A DNA stretch of 64,000 bases, taken from Schizochytrium sp. TIO01 (Eukaryota > Protista > Bigyra: Labyrinthulomycetes). Shown piece after piece: positions 11,201 to 22,287 of this stretch (the stretch's first letter is position 1; every line of letters starts with the position of its first letter). Position numbers and translations under genes: made by a program. Location: the NCBI GenBank assembly GCA_004764695.1, contig SMSO01000031.1:6616761-6680760 (forward strand), in the 5' to 3' direction. The notes beneath the pieces are model-generated. The model was not told where the DNA came from. It worked only from the letters and a program-made list of their open reading frames with translations, and did no database searches.

Positions 11201-11629
11201 ATGAATGTACAAAATTTCATTGAGCAAGACGAAATTAAGAGGTGCACGTACATAAGTACCTCTAAAGAACAAATCTCAAAAAGTGCTTCTGCAAGAATAG
11301 AAGCACCAGCATTCCCAATATTGCAGTTCCCGAAACTATCGTATTAATTTGAGTTAGTAAAATGAATATTCAAGAGATGCTAGCTCCTTCCGGGAAAAAT
11401 CAAGTCGCCTTTGCTTTTCGAACTCACTGCATATATTTAATTTTTCCACTCGCTAGCATTGCATCAGCTAGGCTTGACATACTCTCATCATCAATATCTG
11501 CCTCGATCCTGTATGGTTTTCTAGTTAGTTTTACCCAACACGAAATAACTGTTTTCTAGCTTACCTGAGTTCTGTCGCTCCATTTTGCAATTCTGCAAGT
11601 GCAGTTTCAACATCTGCAGCACAGGACAT
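8240..11629 (-). CDS. Multi-exon ROCO-family protein: 10 LRR exons + Roc GTPase + partial COR (gene B, ~787 aa)
   Basis: Hand-spliced exons (minus): 11629-11565, 11508-11428, 11335-11252, 11164-11081, 10998-10915, 10819-10736, 10584-10501, 10414-10331, 10241-10158, 10076-9990, 9847-9764, 9698-8240. The 11 introns are GT-AG, phase 2 and 56-151 nt. The frame joins ORF 9628-8240. Roc motifs: KLMVVGKCNSGKTS (G1), PTNGV (G2), IWEYGG (G3), VGTHLD (G4), then COR-A-like LAHMHDRGALVYF..LVVLR. Confidence 0.88.
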
Positions 11630-13492
11630 CTTGACGCCAAGGAGAAAATCCAGGTCAGACTGCTTCGTATACAACACTCCTCCGCCTCCACAGCGACAGG
11701 CTTGTTGGTTGGATTTAGCGTTGCTCTTCCTCCAGCAGCACAGAAGACCCTGCCGGGTCTCGTCTCCTTGTGCGAATGAACGCAGTGAAGGTAGTGATCG
11801 GAGTTTGGCCCCAAAGTTCAACCTCAACGATTCCTCTTCTCTTCACGCTCAAATACTGTTGCTCTTTCAGCCTCGTATGATTGTAGCACACTGAGTGAGC
11901 GAGGGACCTTGCAGGCGTGCGCTACTGTCCCTCTATCTATACCTTTCGCAAAGAACCTAATCTTCCTGCAGATGCAGGCAGGTTGGGTCCAAGTCTCCTT
12001 CTCCTGCAGAGACTCCCGATTTGCCTTGCAGTACGCAGACGCAATGCCCAGGTCTCCAAGGGCTCCTTTCCATTTACAGTTTGCAGTTTGCAGTTTGCAG
12101 GCTCGCTGCGAGCACTTTCGCAGCTCGGTAGCATGAGTGCACGCGCTGGGAAAGGTTCCCAATAGTGACTAACGCCAGTAATGAAGTGCGCAATACCTTC
12201 TACCTAGCTGGTGCCGCCTACTCTTCGTCCTGCCGGTGAACGAGAATGCTGCAGCGAGGAAGCGTGCAGGCAGTAGACGATCGGCACCTCCTTCGCTTTC
12301 CCTCCCTCACGCCTCCTGTGGCAATTGCCAAGCAGAAGAGGACAACTGCAAGTATGCCTTCACATTGCCAGCACAAAATTGATTGCACTCCAGGGACTTA
12401 CTTGTGCAGTGTGGTGACATTGGGCTCTTTCAGAGGCAGCTGCAAATGCAAATTCACGGCAAGTCAAACAAACTCGAACAATCTCTTGGGATTAATTGAT
12501 GCTGATGGGGCCCGGGTTCTCCAAGATGGTCTACACATCATCATCCGCGCTGACCCAGATCATGATCTGATGACTCTGAAGGACACAGAAGGACATCGAA
12601 GTGCAGCTTCGCTTTGTGGAGTTGAAGCATGCCAGGAAGATGCAGATGTCAGTGTCTGATTTAATGATGCCAAGAAATGGTGGAGCGTGAGGGAGGGAGG
12701 GTTTTGGCACACTTGCAAACAAGCGCAGCCGCAGCTGGTCCATTAATCATACTGGTGTTCGGATCACATGTAATCGTGCATCGCAGTCCCTTTGAGCAGG
12801 TGGCAATAGGTGAGAGGTGATGGCTTGCTTTGTAATCGAAAGGAGCTTTGGTTGCAATCAAACAAAGATTGGTGCTTCTTGAGATTGCAGACAACTTGAA
12901 GGAAGACTCGAAGGACAGTAAGAAAGGCTTTGAGGCGGCGATATTGCTTAACACTCTTAGCTATTATTAGTGACATCTGCTACTAACAGGAAATTGCAAT
13001 TTGCGTTGGTTTCCAATAACTCTCTCATCGTTCTTTTGGTCATCGACGATGGAAAGAAGGAAAAGGAGAAGAAGGCGATGGCAGGATGAAAGATCAGCAG
13101 TTTACTTGCGTCCACCCGGGGCCTGAGAGATTGTCATTTGGGCTGAGGTGGAAGGTGTCCTTGTGGAATGGCACCCACGGTTAATTAAATTAATTTGAGA
13201 CTCTGCGACCAAAGCCCTCAAAACAAGACCAATCATCCTTCTTCTTACGTGAAGAAATCGCTAAACATGGAAAAAAATCAAGGTAATTAATTAAACCACA
13301 ATTCAATTTTCTAAGTCAACAACTCAGCGCTGCGGAGTTGCGGCGCCGCGAGTTCTTCTGGGCCGCTTGAGCTCACCCCTGCCAGGGCGCCTCTGCCTGC
13401 TCCGTTACAACGAGGCGGCTGAGCTGCTCTGAGTGTGTTTGCTCTCTGCAGTTGCGAATCTAGCTAGCTAGCTAGACCTGAAATTTGGCGGC

Positions 13493-16400
13493 ATGGAGGA
13501 CCTTGACCGCCTCTCGCTGGTGTCGCGAGTATCTCGCGAACTAGAGACCGGCCTAGGGATCGGTGAAGAGGCCCTTGCAGAGTTCTTTATCTCCCTCGCC
13601 AAGGAGCACGAACGCAGCGGCCCTGATGCTTTCGTGGCGGCACTTCATGAGCAAGATGACAGCATTCCTGAAGACCTCGCGCGGACCATCTTTGCGCTTG
13701 TCGCCGATATGAACGCGGCTAGTAGACCAAAGGGCCCCACTTCAGGGAATGGTGACGCGGGACCCTCCTCGAAGTCTCAGGACCCTCTTGCAAACAAGCT
13801 TCCGGGACTCTCGAGGCCCGATGAAAAGGGCCCAATTGGCGTAGGAGAAGGCCGTGATTCTGCCACAGAGCGAAGGCTTCGCGAACTTAGAGCGCAGTTG
13901 GACAAATCTGCACCCTCAAGCGACTCTGCAGACCATAGGAATGCAAATCTTGGGAACGGTAACTCAAGGTTCGGAAGCGGAAGAGAAGGCGTCTCCATTA
14001 AGAGAGGCTCCGAGAGCGAACCTCTGTTTGGCAAGGTTTATCAGGGAGTTGTGAGAAATGTGAAGGACTTTGGTTGCTTTGTAGAGCTTCCGGAGTTCGC
14101 ATCGAGGTCGTCTCGTGGAGGTGGTATTGTAGAAGGCCTAGTTCGTGCGAACCAAATGGCGAGGGATATGAGAGATAAAAAACCGTATGATGTTGTTCGG
14201 AGGGGAGACAAGGTACTGGTGAAGGTCGTGAGCCAACCAGGAAACAAGTTGTCTTTAAATATGGCGGAGGTGGATCAACAGAGCGGCGTGGACCTCAGGC
14301 CTGCCAAAGGATCAGCGAACTCATCAGTCTCGTCAAACTCTGTTGTAACGTCCACAATGGCATCTACGTCTATGAGAGACCCTATGTCACGAGAGCTGCC
14401 AGGTATTGTACAGCGCAAGCGCAAGATGAAACACTCTGAAGAAGAACTCTGGGAGATCCGACAACTCATTAACTCTGGTGCATTGCCAAAAGATGCTTAC
14501 CCAAGCTTCATTGAGGAAAAAGGCGCAGCCGGTGAATTTGAGGAAACCGAGGAGGAGCTGGAGATTGAGCTCAACGAGGCTGAACCTGCATTTCTAAGAG
14601 GCCAAACCGAGTTAGCTGCATCAATTGGACAAGTCAAGATTATCAAAAACCCGGAAGGTAGTATGCAACGTGCAGCTGAAAATCAAGCTGCCATCGCAAA
14701 AGAACGCAGGGAGCTCAAGCAAACAGAAGAACAAGCGCTTCTCAATGCTGTTCCTCGAAACTTGTCGCGTGCTTGGCTAGATCCCATGGCTGATGAGCGT
14801 GAGCGTACTCTAGCTGGTGATCTTCGCGGCATCACTCTCCCCGGGAAAGAAGTCCCTGAATGGAAAAAGAGCGCTTTTGGTAACAACACTAGTTTTGGTA
14901 TCGTATCTGATCGTTCGATTCAGCAGCAGCGCGAAAGCTTGCCTATTTACCAACTGAAGACCGCACTTTGCGAAGCCTTCGTTCAAAACCAGATTTTGAT
15001 TGTGGTAGGAGAGACAGGGTCTGGTAAGACAACACAGATGACCCAGTACCTCGCAGAGATGGGTTTTACAAAACGTGGCATAATTGGATGTACACAGCCG
15101 CGTCGCGTGGCTGCTGTGTCAGTAGCCAAGCGTGTTGCTGAAGAGGTAGGGTGCCATATTGGCCAAGAGGTTGGCTACACAATTCGCTTCGAGGACTGCA
15201 CTGGGCCAGAAACTGCGATTAAGTATATGACAGATGGTATGCTTATGCGAGAGATGCTCATGGACCCAGATCTTAAGCGGTACTCCTGCATCATGCTGGA
15301 TGAGGCTCACGAGCGTGGCGTGAGCACTGATGTATTGTTTGCTTTGCTGAAGAAATTAGTGATGCGTCGCAAAGATTTTCACCTGATTGTTACTAGTGCG
15401 ACGCTAGATGCTGAGAAGTTTTCAAAATATTTCCTTGATGCCAAAATCTTTTCTATTCCTGGTCGAACGTTTCCAGTGGAGATTATGTATGCTAAAGAAC
15501 CAGAATCTGATTACATGGATGCCTCTTTGGTTACTGTAATGCAGATTCATTTGAACGAAGGCCCGGGTGATATTCTTCTTTTCTTGACTGGTCAGGAAGA
15601 GATTGATACAGCTTGTGAAGTGTTGTTTCAACGTATGCAAAAGTTGGGAAAGGGCGCTCCAGAGCTTGTTATCCTTCCTGCTTATGGTTCTTTGCCCAGT
15701 GAAATGCAAAGTCGAATTTTCGAGCCAGCTCCGCCTGGTGCACGCAAACTGATTGTGGCCACAAACATTGCAGAAGCCTCTATCACAGTTGATGGTATTT
15801 ATTATGTTGTTGATCCGGGTATGTGCAAAATCAACGCATACAACCCGAAGCTGGGTATGGACTCACTAGTGGTGACACCGATTTCACAAGCCTCTGCTCG
15901 TCAGCGTGCGGGTCGTGCTGGTCGTACGGGTCCTGGTAAATGTTTTCGTCTATACACTGAGTTAGCTTTCAAGACAGAGATGTTGCCAACCAATGTACCG
16001 GAGATTCAACGAACCAACCTAGGTAATGTTGTGCTGCAGTTGAAGAGTATGGGTATCAACGACCTCCTCAGCTTTGATTTCATGGATCCCCCTCCTGCAC
16101 AAACTTTGGTTGCTGCTTTGGAAAAGCTTTATGCATTAGGGGCTTTAGATGAGGAAGGCCTGCTTACTCGCATGGGTCGAAAGATGGCTGCGTTTCCTCT
16201 GGATCCTATTCTTTCCAAAACACTAATTTCTTCTGTCGAGCTGGGTTGTGCAGAAGAAGTCGTAACAATTGTAGCCATGCTTTCCGTTGAGAATATTTTC
16301 TTTCGACCGAAGGAGAAGCAGGCTCAGGCTGATCAAAAGAAAGCCCGTTTCCACCAACCTGAGGGTGATCACTTGACATTGCTTGCTGTGTACGAGTCTT

Positions 16401-16906
16401 GGAGGAGGTCGGGCTTCACGTCAGCATGGTGTGCGGAACAGTTTATTCAAACGCGTTCTATTCAGCGAGCCCAAGAGATTCGCAAGCAGCTTGTTGGTAT
16501 TTTGGGGCGTTACCAAATGCCTATTGAGTCTTGTGGTCGTAATTTCAAGGCAGTGCAAATGGCTATTGCTAGTGGGTTCTTTATGCATGCAGCCAAGCGT
16601 GATCCTACTGAAGGGTACCGTACTCTGGTTGAGGGTCAACCAGTTTTCATTCACCCTGGTTCTGCGCTGTTTCAGCGCAACCCAGAGCTTGTCATTTATC
16701 ATGAATTGTTGCTCACTTCTAAGGAGTACATGCGACAGGTCATGGTAATTGACCCGAAGATTTTGATTGAGGTAGCACCAAACTTTTACCGGAGCGCAGA
16801 CCCTCACCAGCTTACTCGGCGTAAGAAGCGCGAGCGGATTGAACCTATGTACGATCCTCGCGACCCTGGAGCACAAGCGTGGCGGTTGTCTCGGCGTCGT
16901 GGTTAG
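13493..16906 (+). CDS. DHX8: Pre-mRNA splicing DEAH-box RNA helicase Prp22/DHX8 (1137 aa, intronless)
   Basis: N-terminal helical region and S1 domain ([18 protein letters not shown]), followed by [42 protein letters not shown]2/OB regions and the Prp22-type C-terminus WRLSRRRG. Confidence 0.96.
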   Translation: MEDLDRLSLVSRVSRELETGLGIGEEALAEFFISLAKEHERSGPDAFVAALHEQDDSIPEDLARTIFALVADMNAASRPKGPTSGNGDAGPSSKSQDPLANKLPGLSRPDEKGPIGVGEGRDSATERRLRELRAQLDKSAPSSDSADHRNANLGNGNSRFGSGREGVSIKRGSESEPLFGKVYQGVVRNVKDFGCFVELPEFASRSSRGGGIVEGLVRANQMARDMRDKKPYDVVRRGDKVLVKVVSQPGNKLSLNMAEVDQQSGVDLRPAKGSANSSVSSNSVVTSTMASTSMRDPMSRELPGIVQRKRKMKHSEEELWEIRQLINSGALPKDAYPSFIEEKGAAGEFEETEEELEIELNEAEPAFLRGQTELAASIGQVKIIKNPEGSMQRAAENQAAIAKERRELKQTEEQALLNAVPRNLSRAWLDPMADERERTLAGDLRGITLPGKEVPEWKKSAFGNNTSFGIVSDRSIQQQRESLPIYQLKTALCEAFVQNQILIVVGETGSGKTTQMTQYLAEMGFTKRGIIGCTQPRRVAAVSVAKRVAEEVGCHIGQEVGYTIRFEDCTGPETAIKYMTDGMLMREMLMDPDLKRYSCIMLDEAHERGVSTDVLFALLKKLVMRRKDFHLIVTSATLDAEKFSKYFLDAKIFSIPGRTFPVEIMYAKEPESDYMDASLVTVMQIHLNEGPGDILLFLTGQEEIDTACEVLFQRMQKLGKGAPELVILPAYGSLPSEMQSRIFEPAPPGARKLIVATNIAEASITVDGIYYVVDPGMCKINAYNPKLGMDSLVVTPISQASARQRAGRAGRTGPGKCFRLYTELAFKTEMLPTNVPEIQRTNLGNVVLQLKSMGINDLLSFDFMDPPPAQTLVAALEKLYALGALDEEGLLTRMGRKMAAFPLDPILSKTLISSVELGCAEEVVTIVAMLSVENIFFRPKEKQAQADQKKARFHQPEGDHLTLLAVYESWRRSGFTSAWCAEQFIQTRSIQRAQEIRKQLVGILGRYQMPIESCGRNFKAVQMAIASGFFMHAAKRDPTEGYRTLVEGQPVFIHPGSALFQRNPELVIYHELLLTSKEYMRQVMVIDPKILIEVAPNFYRSADPHQLTRRKKRERIEPMYDPRDPGAQAWRLSRRRG

Positions 16907-17473
16907 AAAAATAAAATATCATTCATTTGTTTTGAACATGTAGAGTATAACATCTGTTCATGTTTTCTATCGTCCTTTTTCTTCTAAATTTAAGGATCAT
17001 ATCCTGCTGCTGAGTCTTTTTCATCAAAGATCATCATCATTACTATTATAGTTATTATATATACATTTTTTAAAATCGTATATTTCGTTTTTCTTTAAAG
17101 GTTAGGCAAGAATTTTTAGATGATAAAAAAGACTGTTCTTGTTTTTGCTTTTAAAGTAAAAAGATACTTTTGATTAATTTTTTTAATTTCAGTTTTTGGT
17201 GTTTTACAAAAACGAATACGAAAACTGGTGGGTCTCCATTCTGACACATTTGAGCAAAACCGATGTATGAAGCTCTCCGTATCCACGGCCCAAGCGGGAG
17301 ATGAGTGCAGATATAGTTGGATTCGCATGCACAATTCGTCGCTCCGCACTGCCTTTTCATGCGCTGCCGTATGCCGCTGACCTACCTGCTAAGGGCGATG
17401 GCGTTCGATGTGACAAGGCGCGAGTGGGCTGGATGAAGAAGAGCGCGGGCGCGTTACACGGAAGAGGGAAGGG

Positions 17474-17683
17474 CCAGGCGAATAAACCATAGCCCAATCA
17501 AAGCAGAGCAGTGGAGGGCAGTGGAGTTCAGGATGGGTGTTGTTTCTAGTACAATCTGTTATTTCTTATTCCAGGCGAATAAATTATCGCTCAATCAGAT
17601 CAGAGCAGAGCAGAGCAGAGCAGAGCAGAGCAGCGGAGTTAAGGATGGGTGTTGCTTCTAATACAATCTGTTACTTCTTATTC
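17474..17683. repeat. ~100-bp tandem direct duplication, second copy with an expanded (CAGAG)n
   Basis: ccaggcgaataaa...ggagtt(c/a)aggatgggtgttg(t/c)ttcta(g/a)tacaatctgtta(t/c)ttcttattc occurs twice (~17474-17570 and ~17571-17683). Confidence 0.85.
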
Positions 17684-17820
17684 ATTATACCAAGGTATGG
17701 ACAGGGCCATCAAAATTGGGAGGGCCAGCAGGCAGCACGCCGAGCTTGATCTGGACTACGAGCTCTCCACGTCGAGCAGCTCGCTCGAGCGAAGGGTATA
17801 TGGAGACTTTACTACAAAAT

Positions 17821-18312
17821 TTACTGCTCGGGGGCCTTGCCGTCGCGGGCGGCGGCGCTCGCCACGGTGCCGGCGGCGGAGTGGCTGACGGCCTGAGACT
17901 CGAGCTGCTCGTCGCTCGGGGTGATGCCGAGGAACTCGCGGTTCTTGCTGCCGAAGGGGCCCTTGCTGCGCATGGCGCTGCCCTGGTGCTGGAGGCGGTG
18001 CTGGGTGGCCTCCTCGGCGTGCTCGGCGCCGGTGGCCTCGTTGAACTGGTACTTCTCGGCGCCCTTGGTGGGCTCGGCCACGAAGAACTGGTATCCCGCG
18101 TAAGCCAGAGTCAGGGCCATGATGCCGCCCAAAAGCTGGGTGCCGTTGCTGGAGCTGGTGCCGGACCCCTTGGCCATCACGTTGGGGTGGCCGCCCTCGC
18201 CTTGGCCGGCGGCGGGGACCTTGTCGGTGTTGCGGCCTGCGGTGGTGGTGGCGGTGGCCTTGAAGCGGCGGCCGACCTGGGTGCGGGCAATGAGGCGTGC
18301 GTTGGAGAACAT
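17821..18312 (-). CDS. Small putative mitochondrial single-TM protein, PAAGQxxGGHP family member 1 (163 aa)
   Basis: Arg-rich, acid-free N-terminus, KVPAAGQGEGGHPNV motif and TM helix. Clear paralog of 21775-22287 and 23695-23994. Strong GC3 bias. Confidence 0.8.
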   Translation of the reverse strand: MFSNARLIARTQVGRRFKATATTTAGRNTDKVPAAGQGEGGHPNVMAKGSGTSSSNGTQLLGGIMALTLAYAGYQFFVAEPTKGAEKYQFNEATGAEHAEEATQHRLQHQGSAMRSKGPFGSKNREFLGITPSDEQLESQAVSHSAAGTVASAAARDGKAPEQ

Positions 18313-18822
18313 CTTGCTACTCTGCTTCGTCTTCCTGACTTCTTGACTGCGTGTCTTCTACGTGCTCTGCCGAGGCGGTTCTTGTCTTCTTCTTCTTTGG
18401 CTTTCTGGTTTCGGTTTTGCTGTTGCGGATTTGCTGACCCCTCCAAAGCGCTCTTCGCCGCCGCCAAAGTCCTCGCGCCCCGCACCGCCTAGGACTCACC
18501 TACCCACCGCTAGGACCGCTCCTAGGAAGCCTACGGTTCTCCGTACCTGGAACTTTGGGAACATTTCGCGCTGATTCTTTCTTTCCAACTCGCTGAGTCC
18601 CATGAGTCTCAGCCGCTTCCAGACACTTCCAGGCGCCATGATCGCGAACTCGGGGCTTGTCAAGCGGTGGAGACTGACCTCCTCGGCGGGCGGGCGGCCC
18701 GGGCTGCCGATTCTCGCGGGTTCTCTGCGGTTGATTCGCCTTTGCTCGCTAGATCTCGATGGTTTTTGATTTAATTATTGACTAACTTTAATTGTATTGC
18801 AATTAATCAGAAAGAGAGACTC

Positions 18823-18877
<55 letters not shown>

Positions 18878-19045
18878 AAATACTTTTTACTTCATCTCCA
18901 CATAGTGCAAAGAAGAAGGAAGAAGAAGAGAAGAAGAGAAGAAAGGAGAAAGAAGAAAGAAAGAAGGAGAAAGAAGAGAAGAAGAAGAAGAAAAGAAGAA
19001 GAAGAAGAAGAAGAAGAAGAAGAAGAAGAAGAAGAGAAGAAGAGG
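18823..19045. repeat. (AAAG)n and (GAA)n purine-rich microsatellites
   Basis: Directly visible tandem repeats. Confidence 0.95.
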
Positions 19046-20154
19046 AAATGTTGCTGCCGCGATGTCTGTGGGCACCTGGTGTAGTAAATGTGTTTGCGCA
19101 GGCGTGATATCGAAGGCCCCATTTTATGCTGAAAACATACACCTTGCTTCGTTCGAACTCGACAGAACCGGTGGTCAGCTTGCAACCCAACTTAAGCTCG
19201 TTGTCCGTATGTGTTTATCTTCGCATTCTTCACTGCATCTCCGGCGATTGATTACTTCTTTATTCATTCCCTTCTTTTAGCTTTCATTAAATTTTTATTT
19301 TTTTTATTTTTTTTTAAATAAATAGATCTACAAACTTATATTCACAATCGTAATAACAAAGGTACATACACGCATGCACAGATTCGCCTAGGTAGCCGCT
19401 AGGGGGTCCTAGCGCATGCACGCGCGCACACTCCGCAAGAAGAATGACTTTGAGAAGTTGAGCAGAACTCGTGCAAGCAAAAGTTGGGAACGCGGCTCAA
19501 GAAGAAGACCAAAAGGCCCCGCAAAAGCACTCGCGGAGGGAGCACAGCGACGACAGCAGCAGCAGCAGCAGCATCAGCAGCAGCAGCAGCTTCTTCAGGC
19601 GCGGAAGCGAGCGCGCGGAGCCCGCCGCCGGCACTCGACGCCAGCAGGGCTTACAGGCCAGCAGCAGCGCCTCTATCGGCGCTCTCGCGCTCGTTGTCGT
19701 CGTCGCTGTTGCCGCTGTCGCCGTCGTTCTCCTCGTCGTCCTCGCCGTCGTTGTTGCCGTCGATCAGGGCGTCCCCGTCCTCGCCGTCGTTGGTGCCGTC
19801 GACGTCGCCGTGGTCTTCTGGAGTGCTCGTGCTCGTGCTGTCGGGTTCTTCACCGGCGATGGCTGGCGCGGCCTGAGCATCACTCGCGGCAGCCGCCAGG
19901 CCCGCGGCGAGCGGAGCGGGCGAGACAATCGCCGCCGGCTCGAGCGAGAGCTTCAACCGAGACCGTCAGGAGGAAGAGCCCGGCTCTGGGCGCCTCCGGC
20001 ACACGCTCGCGCAGACTGATGGACGATTTGACAGACAATTGACAGACAAGTTGACAGACGAACTGACACGCGCACTCGATCGCTCGCTCGATCGCTCGAT
20101 CACTCGCGTTCGATGGATCGCGGTCTTGGCAGCAGGCGCAGGACCTACGGCGTA

Positions 20155-20471
20155 GAAGACCTTCTAGCTTGAAGACTTTAGCTTGAAGACCTCTAGCTTG
20201 AAGACTTTAGCTTGAAGACTTTAGCTCGAAGACCTCCTAGTTCGAAGACCTTCTAGTTTGAAGACCTTCTAGTTTGAAGACCTCTAGCTGAAGACCTTCT
20301 AGCTTGAAGACTTTCTAGATTGAAGACTTTAGCTTGAAGACTTTAGCTTGAAGACTTTAGCTTGAAGACTTTAGCTTGAAGACTTTAGCTTGAAGACATC
20401 CTAGCTTGAAGACTTTATAGCTTGAGGTCGTGCTTGAGGTCGTGCTTGAGGTCGTGCTTGAGGTCGTGCTT
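20155..20471. repeat. Minisatellite: ~18 copies of 14-16 bp GAAGAC(Y)nTAGCTT followed by 4 x GAGGTCGTGCTT
   Basis: Directly visible unit structure with length-variant units. Confidence 0.9.
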
Positions 20472-21774
20472 GGAGTCTTGCTTCGAGGCCTGCTTGAAGA
20501 CTTTCTCGCATTCTCGCTTTCTCACGGCTTCGCAGGACCCTCTCTGAGGCTCAACGCCGAAAGGTGTGCGAACGCTGCGCTTCGCAGGATAAAAGAAAGT
20601 GTTGGAAGTAAAGACTTCGTTCACGATGGTCTCGCAGCGCATCCATTCTCGCATCCACGCTCTTGCTCTTGCTCTTTCTTGCGGGGGCCGAGGGGCCGGC
20701 AGGGGAGAGGAACAGGCGGGCGCGGTGGCCGAGGAACAGGAGGAACGATGGGAGGGCTTTGGACGGGTTGGACTTTAGCTTGCTTGCTTTGTTGGTTAGT
20801 TGATGTTATAGAAATTAAAACTTGAATGGGTTTTAAAATAAATTTGTTTTTAATTTTAAAAGGAAGTATGCTTATTGTTATTATTCTGTAGGTATCATAT
20901 CATATTATATATATGGATATAAATTAATTAAAAAAAATTAAATAAGAGAATTGCTAAAACTGAGAAGTTAGCTTTTATTTCCCTTGAATTTTTAATTAAA
21001 ACAAATAAATAAAAATGCAGATAAAAAACGTGAGCCAGTCGCAAGAGACCAACCAGCGGAAAACGCCTGTGTGAGAGAGAGAGATACATGCCTTCACATA
21101 AGGTAGAAGAAAAACGAAGAAACAGAAGATCAGGGGAATCAAGATATCAACTCTTCGAGAGCACGGACATACAAGGAATCAAAATGGCACATTTAAGGCT
21201 CTAGAGGGCAAAATGGGTCCTTTTTGATGCGAATTCTGTAAGAATATTTCGCAGAGTGTTGATTGATCCAAAACTGTTGGACATCTTAAGAATCCAGTGA
21301 ACTCTCAAGGGGAGGGAACGACCTGGCACGTATATTAAACTAGCAAGCTGTTGCAAGATTTTGGGTGACCATCAAAGCAGTGATTCTTAATTCTTAGCAT
21401 TCTTTTACTCGACAATTTAGAAATAGAAAAAATAGAAAAAATTGAAAAAATTGAAAAGATGAAACTTCAGTTTGTTTGCCCGACCGAATAAATGATACAT
21501 AAAAAAGCAATTTCTGATTCTCAAAGATCCCACCCCGTTTCATGGCCTTGAGCCATACAGTGACAACATTGTTGGTCATTTGAGTACTCTGGAATGCATA
21601 TCAAAATGTACCACATCATACCTGAAACCAAGATTGCAAAATAAAACAATATCAAGCAAGAAAAAGTAAACTTGTAGTGATTAAACTCAAACCTTATATA
21701 TTTACAGTGTTTACACCCAACAAAATGTGGGTCGTAGATACATTCGAAGCAAGTCGACCAAGATTGAGAAACAA

Positions 21775-22287
21775 TTACACGGCGTCAACCTTCTCACCCT
21801 TGTGCGCCTGGACACTGGCAACAGTTCCAGCCGCCGAGTATGTCGTAGGCTGCTCCTCAAGCTTCTTGTCGCTCGGCTTGATACCCAAGATGCCCTTATC
21901 CTTGAATGTGAAAGGACCAAAGCTCCAGGTATTCTTACGAGCAAGCGTAGCTGCCTGAGGGCTGGCTGTCTCCGTGATTTCTGCCTCGCGTCTCTCAGGA
22001 TCAAACTGGTATTCTTGCTTGCTAGGCTCCACCACGAAAAGCTTGTAGGCTCCTGCCACAAGAACACCGGCCATGATGATCTTAAGTGGAGTGAATGCGG
22101 GGCGCTTGGTCAAGCTAAAAATGCGCTTACCCATGTGGTTAGGCTGCATCACATGTGGATGGCCACCTTCAGCCTGTCCAGCAGCAGGCACCTTGGCAGC
22201 ATTGCTGCGACCGGCATCTGTTGTAGCGGTGGGGGCATGTGTCGCGAAGTTGCGCGTCATGCGAAGGTTGCTCCAGGCGCGGTTCAT
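21775..22287 (-). CDS. Small putative mitochondrial single-TM protein, PAAGQxxGGHP family member 2 (170 aa)
   Basis: KVPAAGQAEGGHPHV, TM, FVVEPSK, YQF, GPF, LGIKPSD and SAAGTVAS are all shared with member 1. Confidence 0.8.
   Translation of the reverse strand: MNRAWSNLRMTRNFATHAPTATTDAGRSNAAKVPAAGQAEGGHPHVMQPNHMGKRIFSLTKRPAFTPLKIIMAGVLVAGAYKLFVVEPSKQEYQFDPERREAEITETASPQAATLARKNTWSFGPFTFKDKGILGIKPSDKKLEEQPTTYSAAGTVASVQAHKGEKVDAV

Noticed and set aside
11561-11827. 88-aa ORF as a longer N-terminus for the ROCO gene
   Set aside because: It starts at a non-ATG codon. The ATG at 11629 gives a leader exon matching gene A's design.
12246-12976. 137-aa ORF and adjoining coding-like sequence between ROCO and Prp22
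   Set aside because: No recognisable motif, and neighbouring frames are interrupted by stops. It cannot be supported as a gene or a specific pseudogene.
17716-18492. 258-aa plus-strand ORF
   Set aside because: Antisense shadow of the GC3-rich family member 1, whose frame is validated by paralogy.
18778-19190. Lys/Arg/Glu- or Phe/Leu-rich ORFs
   Set aside because: Translations of microsatellites.
20155-20471. CRISPR-like appearance of the repeat array
   Set aside because: Units are contiguous without unique spacers, the context is eukaryotic and no cas genes are present.
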